This document shows positions 9,690 through 20,213 of a stretch of 64,000 nt of DNA, piece after piece. Both the position numbers and the translations under genes were made by a program. This stretch comes from a virus (taxonomy: Duplodnaviria; Caudoviricetes). Below the pieces are notes generated by a model that had not been told where the DNA came from, did no database searches, and was given only the letters and a program-made list of their open reading frames with translations. The stretch covers positions 32,001-96,000 of IMG/VR virus record IMGVR_UViG_3300031555_004524; one strand, given 5' to 3'. Position 1 is the first letter of the stretch. Each line of letters starts with the position of its first letter.

Positions 9690-11285
9690 TCATTCTATTT
9701 TATGAAATAATTTAATTGGTCTATCTGGATCAATTTTATTAAATAGTCTAATAAGATTAGGTTTATTTCGTTCTTCCATTATATCCTTATATTTAGCATG
9801 TAATTCTGGCATAGATAAATTAATTTCAGAACAACTTGTAGCGTATTTTTTATATATAGGTTTTTTGGCATAATAATAATTTCTACAATGCGTAAAACCT
9901 TTATCTACACATTCTATACATATAGTATCATTATCTCGCGTTCTACCCAACAACTGTCTAGCTATAACTTCTGATTTAAAAGGTTCTGCTAACACTACAG
10001 TCATTTTCAATCCTTTTATATCAATTGCAGCTCCAGCAGATTTGGTTGTTGTTAGTATTATTCTTTTAGATAATGCTAATTGTTTATCTTCTTGGGAAAC
10101 TATTGAAGTATATATACCAATATCATTTTCTAATTCTTGGAAGTTTTCTATAAGCCATTGGTATACTGTCATTATTGCATTATTTGTTCCTATATATAGC
10201 ATAAACTTGTCACCAGGAAGTTTTGTTCTCTTTATTCCCATATTCATAATTACAGTTAATAATTTATAAAACTCTGGTTGTTTTACTACATAGTTTGTAT
10301 ATTTATTCCTATCCATTCCATACGTATTATTTCTACAATTACTTATATCCTGCGGAAGAGGATTGCTATTATACATAATTGCAAAATATGCAGTATGTGG
10401 GTCATTTTCTTCATCAAATAAATCTATAGCTGGAACATTTTTAAATGCAGCTTGATATATTTGATTTTCTCTCTGATTTGATTTAGCTGGTGTAGCTGTC
10501 AGATAATATGTTTTATATACATTGGTAAAGAAATCTATCATGCAAATATTATCAAAATCTAAATGAGCTTCATCATAGATCTTAATACCAATCTTTAAAT
10601 ATTCAAATAACTCTCCAACTTTTTCCCATCCATATGTGGACCCATAACTTTGTAAAGTATCGTGAGTTACTAAAAATAGTTTATATCGTTTTAATTTATC
10701 TTCAGTTAAATTTAATAATCTAAATATTGTTTTAGATCCTTCTATAATACAAATATCTTTTTCATTAATATTTGTATATTCAACTGTTCTATTTTTCCAC
10801 TGTTTTAACCAATCCACTGTATCGGTTATAACTATTCCTCTAATAGAAAAATATGCCAAAGTTGCTATAGTTATATACGTTTTGCCTTTTCCTGTAGGAA
10901 GGTTTATGGATAACTGAGATTTCAAAGCAGTATATCTATACTCTCCTTGACCAACAGAAAATCGTAATGCTTCTTTCTGAACTTCATCTCTAGGTAAAGT
11001 CTTTATATAAATATCATTAAAACACTGATATTTATAACATTTATTCTCTAAAATTGTAGCGTCTGCATTTAAGCATTTTTCGACAAACCAAATATCTATA
11101 CCTCTCGGGAGGTATAGTTTCTTATTTTTCTTATCATAATAGATTCCCATATAATAAAAACTATGAGTTACAGGATTATATAATTTGAAATTATTTTCCA
11201 ATTGTGTAGAATCTCCAAATTCATAATTATTTATTATAACTGCACTATTCGTAACTTCTATTTTATTCATAATATTTTTCTCCAC
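9690..11285 (-). CDS. SF2 DExH helicase (UvsW-like)
   Basis: Walker A PTGKGKT, DEAH, TAT motif III, QLLGR motif VI. Confidence 0.85.
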   Translation of the reverse strand: MEKNIMNKIEVTNSAVIINNYEFGDSTQLENNFKLYNPVTHSFYYMGIYYDKKNKKLYLPRGIDIWFVEKCLNADATILENKCYKYQCFNDIYIKTLPRDEVQKEALRFSVGQGEYRYTALKSQLSINLPTGKGKTYITIATLAYFSIRGIVITDTVDWLKQWKNRTVEYTNINEKDICIIEGSKTIFRLLNLTEDKLKRYKLFLVTHDTLQSYGSTYGWEKVGELFEYLKIGIKIYDEAHLDFDNICMIDFFTNVYKTYYLTATPAKSNQRENQIYQAAFKNVPAIDLFDEENDPHTAYFAIMYNSNPLPQDISNCRNNTYGMDRNKYTNYVVKQPEFYKLLTVIMNMGIKRTKLPGDKFMLYIGTNNAIMTVYQWLIENFQELENDIGIYTSIVSQEDKQLALSKRIILTTTKSAGAAIDIKGLKMTVVLAEPFKSEVIARQLLGRTRDNDTICIECVDKGFTHCRNYYYAKKPIYKKYATSCSEINLSMPELHAKYKDIMEERNKPNLIRLFNKIDPDRPIKLFHKIE

Positions 11286-11367
11286 GATTTTTTTATCATG
11301 TATTACTATAAAGTTAATTATTTTGTCATATTTTACAGGGATAGTATAATACTATCCCCGAATATAT

Positions 11368-11502
11368 TTATTTTACTAAATGAAGAACTCCAGCTTCTAT
11401 TAAAATATTTTCTACTTCCATAATTATATCTGGATGTTTTTCTCTTACGTCTTTTATGCTAAGTTTACCTTGCATGATTTGTGTAGCTAAATAATCAGCC
11501 AT
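11368..11502 (-). CDS. Small XkdX-like tail-associated protein (44 aa, not in ORF track)
   Basis: GGAGG SD; MADYLATQIMQGKLSIKDVREKHPDIIMEVENILIEAGVLHLVK. Confidence 0.5.
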   Translation of the reverse strand: MADYLATQIMQGKLSIKDVREKHPDIIMEVENILIEAGVLHLVK

Positions 11503-11527
11503 TCTTTTATCCTCCCTTTGCATGTTC

Positions 11528-11824
11528 TTATAATTTACCATTCATTATTGATTCATTCAATAAATTCTCTATAGAATCTAATCTATCAGTTACACTTAAT
11601 GGTCTAGCTTCATATGTATAATAAACTTCTTTAGTTTTTCTATTATATCTAGGAACGGCAATACGCCCTTTAATTTGTTCTGGTTTTGGAATTTCTCTTA
11701 CAAAAAATCCACTCTCCAGTAATTCTTCTTTAGTTAATCCTAATCCATGTTTAGGATCAAATGGAACTCTGTGCATTAACGTTACAACGTCATCTTTTCC
11801 AACTTTAATATATATATCAGTCAT
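11528..11824 (-). CDS. Putative tail-fibre assembly (XkdW-like) protein
   Basis: PFDPKHGLG..EELL..G..V.EIP.P motif seen in Firmicutes phage tail modules; late promoter upstream. Confidence 0.45.
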   Translation of the reverse strand: MTDIYIKVGKDDVVTLMHRVPFDPKHGLGLTKEELLESGFFVREIPKPEQIKGRIAVPRYNRKTKEVYYTYEARPLSVTDRLDSIENLLNESIMNGKL

Positions 11825-11931
11825 CTTTCAATCACTCCTTTGTAAAGATATTATGATTATTACAATGTTGCGTTTATCATTTTTTCACATCCTTATAATA
11901 TATTCTTTTAAAAAGAAAGGAGTATGTGTGA

Positions 11932-12171
11932 ATGAAAAACAAGAATAAGAAAGAAAATATGTTTCAAGATATTACACTCACTATAGCAGTCATAATAGCA
12001 TGTTGCATAATGGGGCAAATATACAATGAAGATTTAAATTTTCTACATATTTATACTGCAAAAGACTATTTCTTATATTCGTGTGGATTATTTATAATAA
12101 TCAAAATTGTATATAATACTGTAATGCATATTCATCGAGCTTTGGTTAATTCAGGAGACAATAAAGGGTAG
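11932..12171 (+). CDS. Small two-TM membrane protein
   Basis: Two hydrophobic segments; AGGAG SD; late-promoter variant at 11886. Confidence 0.5.
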   Translation: MKNKNKKENMFQDITLTIAVIIACCIMGQIYNEDLNFLHIYTAKDYFLYSCGLFIIIKIVYNTVMHIHRALVNSGDNKG

Positions 12172-12191
12172 ACTAATAATAGTCTACCCTT
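12164..12191. terminator. Bidirectional intrinsic terminator
   Basis: AAGGGTAGACTA-N4-TAGTCTACCCTT. Confidence 0.75.
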
Positions 12192-12202
12192 ACATTTTTA
12201 TT

Positions 12203-14371
12203 TTATAAACTAATTATATTTGTATAATTTATTGTATTTTTACCCATCTTATTAATACCACAAGATTCAATTGGGAAGTTAGATATCGAATCATTTATAA
12301 TTGTAGTATAATCAATAAATTCTTTAATCCAATCTGGAGTTTCCACATCTGTTGGAATAGATATTGCTGTTATTTCACCTTGACCAATTTTCTTTTTAGC
12401 TTTATCTCTTACATCATCTGTGCCAAATTTTTGAATTTCTGGGTTTCTCAATACTGCTAAAACTTTTTCATAAGTTTCTGGATAAGTTTCTTTAATTCTA
12501 TCAATATTTTTTTCATTGATAATAACCTTAACAATATCTACAGTATTTCTAGTTGATAAATCTATTGCCTCTAAATCTTCATCTCTGGTCATATTCCATA
12601 CAACTGCAGCTTTTACACCTTGAATTCTCATCGGATCTTCATAATTTGATAATGATTTAATTGCTGCTGGTTTATAGAATTCTTTCTTTCCTGCTCGTAA
12701 AGATTCGTATATCTGTTTTTCAAATATAGCTAAATCTTTTATAATTTGAAGTTGATTAATTTCTCTTGTATTTAAAACGTCTTCATATAGAATACGTTTT
12801 AACTCTTCTCTAGATCTAGCGTTTAATGTAGATTTGTTTATAGGCAATCCCTTAATGTCCAATGCAGTTGACAATCCATCTGGAATCATTTTTCCTTCTT
12901 GGATTTCCTGTTTAGATGCATAATTCTTTTTATTATTTGTCAATAATACTCTATAAAATAAGAACTCATTCTTACTAATTATAAGACATTCTTTATCTCC
13001 TCTATATGAATGAGTTTGTTTTGTATATGAAATCATATATTCATTTACCAATATACCACACACATATGACATTATATTGATAATAGAATATCTCAAACCA
13101 TCCTCTGCAATTATCTTATTAGGCTTAATTGCTCTTTTAATCTCTATAATTTCATCATTATAAAAATCATAATCCAATACAGTTTCTACCTTTTCAGTAC
13201 ACTGCTCTCCTTCCATATATGATACTGGGTCTGTTTCGACTTGAGTAATTGGGAATGGAATTCCTTTAACTTTATTTAATACATATCTATACCATCCATC
13301 CATAGATACAATAGCACTATCAGTATCTGATAACGCTGCTACATTTTTAATCATAAATTCATTTCTATCTATTCTGTCGATAATCTGATAATTATAGAAT
13401 ACATACTCTCTAATCAATTCTGTAAACGTATCTAGCTCAACTTTTATTTCTTTTGGCGGATGATTAGGGTCCATATATGGAGCTTCTAATCTATTTAAAA
13501 TATAAATTAATGCATTTGTAATTGATTTATTATCGCAAAATGCGATTAAGTTATTTTTATAATATATTCTATTTATATCTTCTTGGGAGAGTTTTGAAAT
13601 TATTTCCCAAATAATATTTAAATCTTTCATATCAGGAACCCATTTCAATTCTCCTCTACGGAAATCTCCGATAGTATATACTAATTTAGTAAAACATTCT
13701 TCATGTGTAATATTTCTATCTAATATATCTCTATCATCGAACTTTCGATCATTTTTCTCACTCAGCACGTTATTGATAAACACAACAATTTCATCTAATG
13801 ATGCAAACTTTACATTGTTTGCTAATATCATTTCAAAAAACATAATTACTGATGAAATCAATGATCTACCTTGCCCTGTAATTGATGCTGCCACGTTAAG
13901 ATTATAGAAAATACTACTCCATTTTCCTAATGCCCCATATATACTATTACAGTCCTGTTTATCAAGTAACTGCAAAATATTATATTTTGCAAATTCATCT
14001 GTTCCTTTAGGATATTTAAACATCTCAGCTTTATGCACTCCACGCAAATCCATGAATTCTTTAATCATGTCCATCAATGGATTAGGTACAGTTCCATGTT
14101 TTCTAAACAAAACTCCCCAAGAAGTACATATTGGCTCTCTAGACAATATGCAATTTGTGAGATCTTTCAAAGTCATCTCAGCATTTGTATTTTTATAACT
14201 ATTATGCACATTAATAGTTGTATTTCTTTCCCTATTTGCAACAGACCAATCCAATACTGAATCAAATTCATCTGCATGCAACCCTGGATATATGAATTTC
14301 GTCATTTTATACATAACGTCTCTATATTTTTTAGTTATCATATCCATTATAAATATGGCTCCTTTCATCAT
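12203..14371 (-). CDS. Family-B DNA polymerase, C-terminal subunit
   Basis: Motif B KQDCNSIYG, motif C SDTDS, KKNYA, IKGL; lacks exonuclease and motif A. Confidence 0.85.
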   Translation of the reverse strand: MMKGAIFIMDMITKKYRDVMYKMTKFIYPGLHADEFDSVLDWSVANRERNTTINVHNSYKNTNAEMTLKDLTNCILSREPICTSWGVLFRKHGTVPNPLMDMIKEFMDLRGVHKAEMFKYPKGTDEFAKYNILQLLDKQDCNSIYGALGKWSSIFYNLNVAASITGQGRSLISSVIMFFEMILANNVKFASLDEIVVFINNVLSEKNDRKFDDRDILDRNITHEECFTKLVYTIGDFRRGELKWVPDMKDLNIIWEIISKLSQEDINRIYYKNNLIAFCDNKSITNALIYILNRLEAPYMDPNHPPKEIKVELDTFTELIREYVFYNYQIIDRIDRNEFMIKNVAALSDTDSAIVSMDGWYRYVLNKVKGIPFPITQVETDPVSYMEGEQCTEKVETVLDYDFYNDEIIEIKRAIKPNKIIAEDGLRYSIINIMSYVCGILVNEYMISYTKQTHSYRGDKECLIISKNEFLFYRVLLTNNKKNYASKQEIQEGKMIPDGLSTALDIKGLPINKSTLNARSREELKRILYEDVLNTREINQLQIIKDLAIFEKQIYESLRAGKKEFYKPAAIKSLSNYEDPMRIQGVKAAVVWNMTRDEDLEAIDLSTRNTVDIVKVIINEKNIDRIKETYPETYEKVLAVLRNPEIQKFGTDDVRDKAKKKIGQGEITAISIPTDVETPDWIKEFIDYTTIINDSISNFPIESCGINKMGKNTINYTNIISL

Positions 14372-14525
14372 GTATGATCACTTTAGACTTTTATATATTA
14401 GTTGTAGTTGATGTATTTTTTGATTTATATTACTAATAATTTAACATGTATATAAAAATACTAATGATTAAAATATGACATGTCATAGTATTATATATTT
14501 CGAAATATAAAGGAGGACTTTAATC

Positions 14526-14996
14526 ATGGGAATGTTTACAGGAATTGGTAGCGTAAACGAATCAATTGAACAGATGTTCAGCGATCCTAATAGAGTAATG
14601 GAGCTTTTTATCGTAGACGAAGTTAGTCAGCTTCCAGATGAGCTCGTACATGAATTTTGTAAAGAAGGTGGAGTTGGTCAGCAGTTAGTTGCAGAAGGAA
14701 AACTCCGTAAGAAAACATTAGTTCGTCTCAGCAAGAAAGATGACTTAGCTAGACGTGAAACTATGATTGCTATGCAGCTCGCTAAAGAACATAACGATCC
14801 ACTTTGGAAGAAGTTTATGATCAATACTAAAAAGCGTAATGAACTTAAAGCAGCTATGCTTAAAAAGTATGGAACAAAAGCAACTAGAGGAGCTAAACAG
14901 GCACAGCAGATGTTCCTTAAAGGTGGAGCAAAGAAAACTGGAATTCTTCCAAAAGATTTCCAGCGTAGTGTTAAAAATGATGAAAATAGAAAATAA
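14526..14996 (+). CDS. Basic late protein, putative head internal protein
   Basis: AGGAGG SD; exact late promoter 14443-14455; MGMF...VNE|S N-terminus; Lys-rich C-half. Confidence 0.5.
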   Translation: MGMFTGIGSVNESIEQMFSDPNRVMELFIVDEVSQLPDELVHEFCKEGGVGQQLVAEGKLRKKTLVRLSKKDDLARRETMIAMQLAKEHNDPLWKKFMINTKKRNELKAAMLKKYGTKATRGAKQAQQMFLKGGAKKTGILPKDFQRSVKNDENRK

Positions 14997-15256
14997 GGTA
15001 TTAAACATATAATTGATGGACCAGCACTGTCCATACAACCAAAAAAAACGCTCATTTTGGTGTATTTTGTACTTTCTATTTTCATTTTTTCGTTAGTCGG
15101 AAAATATCTTTTGTCCTTTGTAAATTTTTAATTGTACGGAAACAACAGTGAATTACACGTAGTATCATTTAGATGCTACGTGTAACTTCATGTCTAATTA
15201 TATATTATATATATGATAAGTTGAAAATAACTATATTTTTAACTTTATAATAATTT

Positions 15257-17377
15257 ATGAAAAAGGAGAGAAAAATAATGAACACACAAATATTCTATGA
15301 TGAATCGACAGCATTACAGAATTATCAGAATTATGGTCCATATGTACAGTTAGTTCAATATGGTCAAATTGAAGTATTTGCTAAAGATTTTACTAGAGAA
15401 AATATTGAGTATCATATTCAGTGCATTGAAAATATATTTGCAGATGGAATTGAAACTCAACGAGTTAGACATATGAAAGTAATGGTACATTTTCCAGATT
15501 CAGTTAGTCTGAATCTGACTATTTTTGATTATTTCTTTAATATTATCTTCTGGATACTACCACTTTCTGTTGGGGCTAATATTACTTCATCAGATTTATT
15601 CTTTGAAGAGAATTTTACACAGGGAGGAATCAAAAATTATATTGATGAGTTATTTTTAGATAGGTATAGAACAACTGTACCTAATATAAACTTAAATAAT
15701 ATTATAGATGAAATGATGTTTCAGATTAGAAAAGTTGATAGATTTTCTAAATATTTCTTAAATACTATCAATAATGAAGACACTATTGCGCTAATGGATG
15801 CAAATCCAGAATTTGACGCTTTGATGCATACTAATATAGCCAATGTGCCATTAGATCAAGTTAGAGATTATGGTATGGATATGACAAATAGAATGATAGA
15901 TATTATTAGAGAAACAGATCATTGTATGGCTAATGCATTTAATTGTGGGCAGGGTATTAATAAGAAACAGTTCAAAGAGTTCATGGTTAATATTGGTACT
16001 AAACCTGATGGTAAAGGCGGATTGTTCAATGGTGCAATCAATCAGTCTTATGTAAATGGAGGATTAAATAGAGTATTATATGACTTCATGGATGCAACTG
16101 TATCTAGAGAGGCAGAAATTATTAAGAAAGATAACGTTGGAAGCTCTGGGCATTTATCTCGATTAATGGGATTAAATAACCAGAGTACTAAATTACATTT
16201 AGATCCAACATATTCTTGCCATACCAAGAATCTTGTTGAAATTTATTTAAAAGATTCTAAACTGATAGATAAGTATAAGAATAGATGGTATAGATTTCAT
16301 CCAGATGGTCCAGAGTATAAAATGAGCTCCAGTCCATCAAAATATGATTCTCATCTTATTGGTCAAACTGTATATTTCAGAAGCCCAATGACTTGCGAAT
16401 CAAATGCTAAAGGTCATGGTATTTGTTATAAATGCTATGGGGATTTGGCATATGTAAATGCAGATATTAATATAGGTAAAATGGCGGCAGAAATACTTTG
16501 TTCAATATTAACACAGAAGTTATTATCTGCAAAGCATCTCTTACAGTCTGATGCTAAAGCTACACATTGGGTTCAGGAATTTTCAGATCTTTGTGAAGTA
16601 TCATTCAATATTATATCTATTAAAAATGATTTAGATTTAATGAATAAATATACTTTATTGATTTATCCAGAATCTATTCAGCAGGAGAATGAAGAAGATG
16701 ATTTCGAATACAATGATTATATTGATTATTTCGAAGTAGAATATCCATCTGGAGAAATTAAACAAATCTTCAATATGGATGACGACACTAACCAGAAAGG
16801 TCCAATTTATTTATCAAATGATTTAATAGAATATCTTCAAAGAATACCAGATCCAGGAGAAGAACCATATCGTATTTCATTTGATAAGATAAAAGATATA
16901 AGTTTATTCTTAATGAAAATTTCTAATAATGAAATTTCCAAAACATTGGATCAGTTAAAAGACTTAGTAAATAAATTATCTAGTATTCAGAATAAAACTT
17001 ATAGCCAGTGGATTCAAGAATTAGTTGAAATTACAGAACACGGTGGAGTGAATATAGATGCTGTTCATCTCGAAGTAATATTATCTAATCAGATACGAAA
17101 TATAAATGATATATTAGATAATCCAAACTGGGAATATCCAAACGAACCGTATCAGTTACTTACACTTGGCAAAGCATTAGCAAATCATCCAAGTATTGTA
17201 ACTACTCTAGTATATGAGGATTTACCTAAAGTATTAATTGAGCCTACTTCATATAGAAAGAGAAAAGCTGCTGAAATCGATTTATTCTTTATGGAACAAC
17301 CACAAGAAGAAATGAATGTAACAATTCAAGAAGAACATGTTGATGGATTAAAACCATTATTCTATAAGATAGAATAG
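15257..17377 (+). CDS. Multisubunit RNAP beta-prime C-terminal subunit (probably non-virion)
   Basis: SGHLSRL bridge helix; FRSPMTC..GICYKCYG Zn site; NIGKMAAEILCSILTQKLLSAKH trigger loop; HLEVILSNQIR. Confidence 0.85.
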   Translation: MKKERKIMNTQIFYDESTALQNYQNYGPYVQLVQYGQIEVFAKDFTRENIEYHIQCIENIFADGIETQRVRHMKVMVHFPDSVSLNLTIFDYFFNIIFWILPLSVGANITSSDLFFEENFTQGGIKNYIDELFLDRYRTTVPNINLNNIIDEMMFQIRKVDRFSKYFLNTINNEDTIALMDANPEFDALMHTNIANVPLDQVRDYGMDMTNRMIDIIRETDHCMANAFNCGQGINKKQFKEFMVNIGTKPDGKGGLFNGAINQSYVNGGLNRVLYDFMDATVSREAEIIKKDNVGSSGHLSRLMGLNNQSTKLHLDPTYSCHTKNLVEIYLKDSKLIDKYKNRWYRFHPDGPEYKMSSSPSKYDSHLIGQTVYFRSPMTCESNAKGHGICYKCYGDLAYVNADINIGKMAAEILCSILTQKLLSAKHLLQSDAKATHWVQEFSDLCEVSFNIISIKNDLDLMNKYTLLIYPESIQQENEEDDFEYNDYIDYFEVEYPSGEIKQIFNMDDDTNQKGPIYLSNDLIEYLQRIPDPGEEPYRISFDKIKDISLFLMKISNNEISKTLDQLKDLVNKLSSIQNKTYSQWIQELVEITEHGGVNIDAVHLEVILSNQIRNINDILDNPNWEYPNEPYQLLTLGKALANHPSIVTTLVYEDLPKVLIEPTSYRKRKAAEIDLFFMEQPQEEMNVTIQEEHVDGLKPLFYKIE

Positions 17378-17493
17378 AAAAAATGGATTTTGTAAAAATT
17401 CGTATTTGTGATAGTATATTATAATAGTGATATAATACAATATTGTATCAATACACATACACAAAAATATACAATACGAAGGAGAAATGAATC

Positions 17494-17805
17494 ATGACAA
17501 CAGCAAGAAAAATTAAAAACCCAGCAAAAGATGTACATCACATCGAAGACGCAGCAAGAAGAAACAAAGAAGAATCTATCAAAGCTATTAAGTTAGTATC
17601 AGGTGTAGGAATTGCATTAGTAGTAATAGGATTTATTATGGTAGCAGCTTCATTAGAAAGTTATGAGATTGGAGTATTTTCATTACAGGTAGCTTTTCCT
17701 CTTACAATAATAGGATTATTATTAGCAGCTATTGGAGTATTCTTTGTAGTTAAAGCTGAAAAATATGCTAAGAAAAATAAAATAAAAATATACGAGTGCA
17801 TGTAA
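17494..17805 (+). CDS. Two-TM membrane protein (early promoter)
   Basis: Two hydrophobic helices; TATATTAT at 17415; own terminator. Confidence 0.65.
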   Translation: MTTARKIKNPAKDVHHIEDAARRNKEESIKAIKLVSGVGIALVVIGFIMVAASLESYEIGVFSLQVAFPLTIIGLLLAAIGVFFVVKAEKYAKKNKIKIYECM

Positions 17806-17825
17806 TGTGCACTCGTATTTTTTTT
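17790..17825 (+). terminator. Intrinsic terminator
   Basis: ATACGAGTGCA..TGCACTCGTAT followed by a T run. Confidence 0.75.
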
Positions 17826-17883
17826 GTCTCTTTTCACATCCGTATAAATATCTCATAATAGATAGGATGTGAAATAATAAGAT

Positions 17884-20103
17884 ATGGTATTACGACAAAA
17901 TGCAGTTCCAATGCAAATATCAATACATTGGAATACAACTAATAAAAGTTTCCTCGACATGCATTATTTTTTAAAAATGAAAGGTATTAAGAATAATGCA
18001 TTCTTTCTCTCTATATATGATACAGACTTAATAAATATAGATCCTAGAGATCCAAATCTTCCTAGGATGTATAAAGTGAAAGTTTTACGCGAATGTCAAT
18101 TTAACTACTGGTATTTCTTACGAGAAATTGTTAGAATTCCTGATACTGGTGGTGTTGTTGGTGGCGGTGTTCCTTATAAATTAGATAGAGGAAATCTTGC
18201 GTTAAACTTTGGATTCACATTAAACTGGAATATGTTCCTGGAATTACCTCGACAGTTCGGTAAAACAACTTCAGCATTATGCTGGTATTTATGGGTATTC
18301 AACTTCGGAACAACTAACTCAGAAATCATGTTTATGAATAAGAAGCATGATGACTCTAAGATGAACTTACGAAGATTAAAAGATATGAGAAAAGCATTAC
18401 CAGAATACTTACAAATGGACTCTGCTTATGGTCCTGATGGTAAGAAAATGCGTCCTGTATCTAACGTTGAAACATTATCTCATATTAGTAATGGTAATAA
18501 AATCACCACAAAACCTGGTGCAAATAGTAAAGCTAAAGCAAATGGGCTTGGTCGTGGTTGCACCATGCCAATGCAATGGTATGATGAGTATGCGTTCATC
18601 TTATATAATAAACTTATTTACATGGCTGCTACACCTGCCTTCTCTACCGCTTCACGTAATGCTAAGAATAATGGAAAACCTTATGGTATCCTTATTACAA
18701 CTACACCTGGAGATTTGACGACTAATGAAGGTATGAATGCTAATGTGACACGATGTGCAGCTACTGTATTCAATGAAAGATTTTATGATAGTTCTGCTCA
18801 AGAATTGGAAGAAATTCGTAGAGCAAATACTAAATCTAACTTCTTTTATATTCGATTTACTTATATTCAACTTGGTGCTGGGGATGATTATTTCCAGTCA
18901 ATGGTTAAAGACTTGGAAAAAGATTGGCCTACTATCAGACGAGAAGTACTACTTGAATGGGCTACTATGGCTAATAATAGTCCGTTTACACAACAAGATC
19001 TTGATATGGTTGGTACATTTATACAGAAAGATCCTATTACTCAAATTAAACTTGGACCTGCATACTTCTTAGACGTATGGGGGCAAACCGACTTGCTTAG
19101 ATATCCTCCTATCATTGGGGTGGACATAAGCGGGGGATTTTCACAAGACTCATCTGCTATAACTATTATAGATAGTAGAACGACTAAAGTATTATGTACA
19201 TTTAACTGTAACTTTATTTCACCTATAGATTTAGCTAAAGTAATATATCATATTGTAGTTAAGTATATGCCGAATGCTATTATAAATATAGAACGAAATG
19301 GCGGTTATGGATCTTCAGTAATTGGATATCTGGTTAAGACGGATATCAAAAAGAACTTATATTATGAAATTAAAGATAGAGTTGTTGAAGAAAAATTCAA
19401 CGGTATGACCATGGTTAAACGTAAACAGCAAACTAAAGTATATGGATTAGACCAGACTCATGATACTAGAGAATTACTTATGGAAATTCTTAGAGACCGT
19501 ATGAATAATCATAAACAGAAATTCATATCTCCTTTAATTTACGAAGAATTGAAAACGTTAGAAATTAAGAAGAATGGTCGTATTGAGCATGCTGATGGAG
19601 CTCACGATGACCAGGTATTCTCATACTTATTAGCATTATATGTATGGTATGAAGGAAAGAACTTAATGGAAAGATTTGGTCTTGAAATTAGAGAACTTAA
19701 AACAGATAATGCTATTGATGAAACCATGGATATTGAAACTTATAACGGTCAGAAAAATATTGCTGGGGATTTAGAAGATCTTACTTCTGAATACTCACAT
19801 GATTCTGAATCAGAGGTTCAAAAACAGTTAAAATATTTAAGTCAAGCTCGTAGTATATCATATGAGCAATGGTTAGAACAGCAGCAAGCTGAAAATAATT
19901 TAGCTATACAGACTTTATTGAAAACTAAACATGGTAGAGATGCTTATATAAAAGCATATCATCAAGATCCAGATGATGTAAAAATGTATTCTGGAACTAT
20001 AACTTTACCAGACTCTGTATTTGATATGGATTATGAAGATAGACGTCCAACCAAAGCAGATGTGATGAAAAAAACCTTCCAGAATATGATGGATATAAGA
20101 TAA
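17884..20103 (+). CDS. terL: Terminase large subunit
   Basis: Walker A PRQFGKTT, Walker B WYDEYAF, ITTTP, nuclease GVDISGG and HDDQV. Confidence 0.9.
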   Translation: MVLRQNAVPMQISIHWNTTNKSFLDMHYFLKMKGIKNNAFFLSIYDTDLINIDPRDPNLPRMYKVKVLRECQFNYWYFLREIVRIPDTGGVVGGGVPYKLDRGNLALNFGFTLNWNMFLELPRQFGKTTSALCWYLWVFNFGTTNSEIMFMNKKHDDSKMNLRRLKDMRKALPEYLQMDSAYGPDGKKMRPVSNVETLSHISNGNKITTKPGANSKAKANGLGRGCTMPMQWYDEYAFILYNKLIYMAATPAFSTASRNAKNNGKPYGILITTTPGDLTTNEGMNANVTRCAATVFNERFYDSSAQELEEIRRANTKSNFFYIRFTYIQLGAGDDYFQSMVKDLEKDWPTIRREVLLEWATMANNSPFTQQDLDMVGTFIQKDPITQIKLGPAYFLDVWGQTDLLRYPPIIGVDISGGFSQDSSAITIIDSRTTKVLCTFNCNFISPIDLAKVIYHIVVKYMPNAIINIERNGGYGSSVIGYLVKTDIKKNLYYEIKDRVVEEKFNGMTMVKRKQQTKVYGLDQTHDTRELLMEILRDRMNNHKQKFISPLIYEELKTLEIKKNGRIEHADGAHDDQVFSYLLALYVWYEGKNLMERFGLEIRELKTDNAIDETMDIETYNGQKNIAGDLEDLTSEYSHDSESEVQKQLKYLSQARSISYEQWLEQQQAENNLAIQTLLKTKHGRDAYIKAYHQDPDDVKMYSGTITLPDSVFDMDYEDRRPTKADVMKKTFQNMMDIR

Positions 20104-20109
20104 AATTAT

Positions 20110-20138
20110 TTGGGATACTGTATTTTGCAGTATCCCAA
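20110..20138 (+). terminator. Intrinsic terminator
   Basis: TTGGGATACTG..CAGTATCCCAA. Confidence 0.7.
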
Positions 20139-20213
20139 TATTTTACATATTTACTAGGCTTTAAATATCTAAGTAATATATATCGATAATCTATTAAGGA
20201 GGAAATTTTATAT

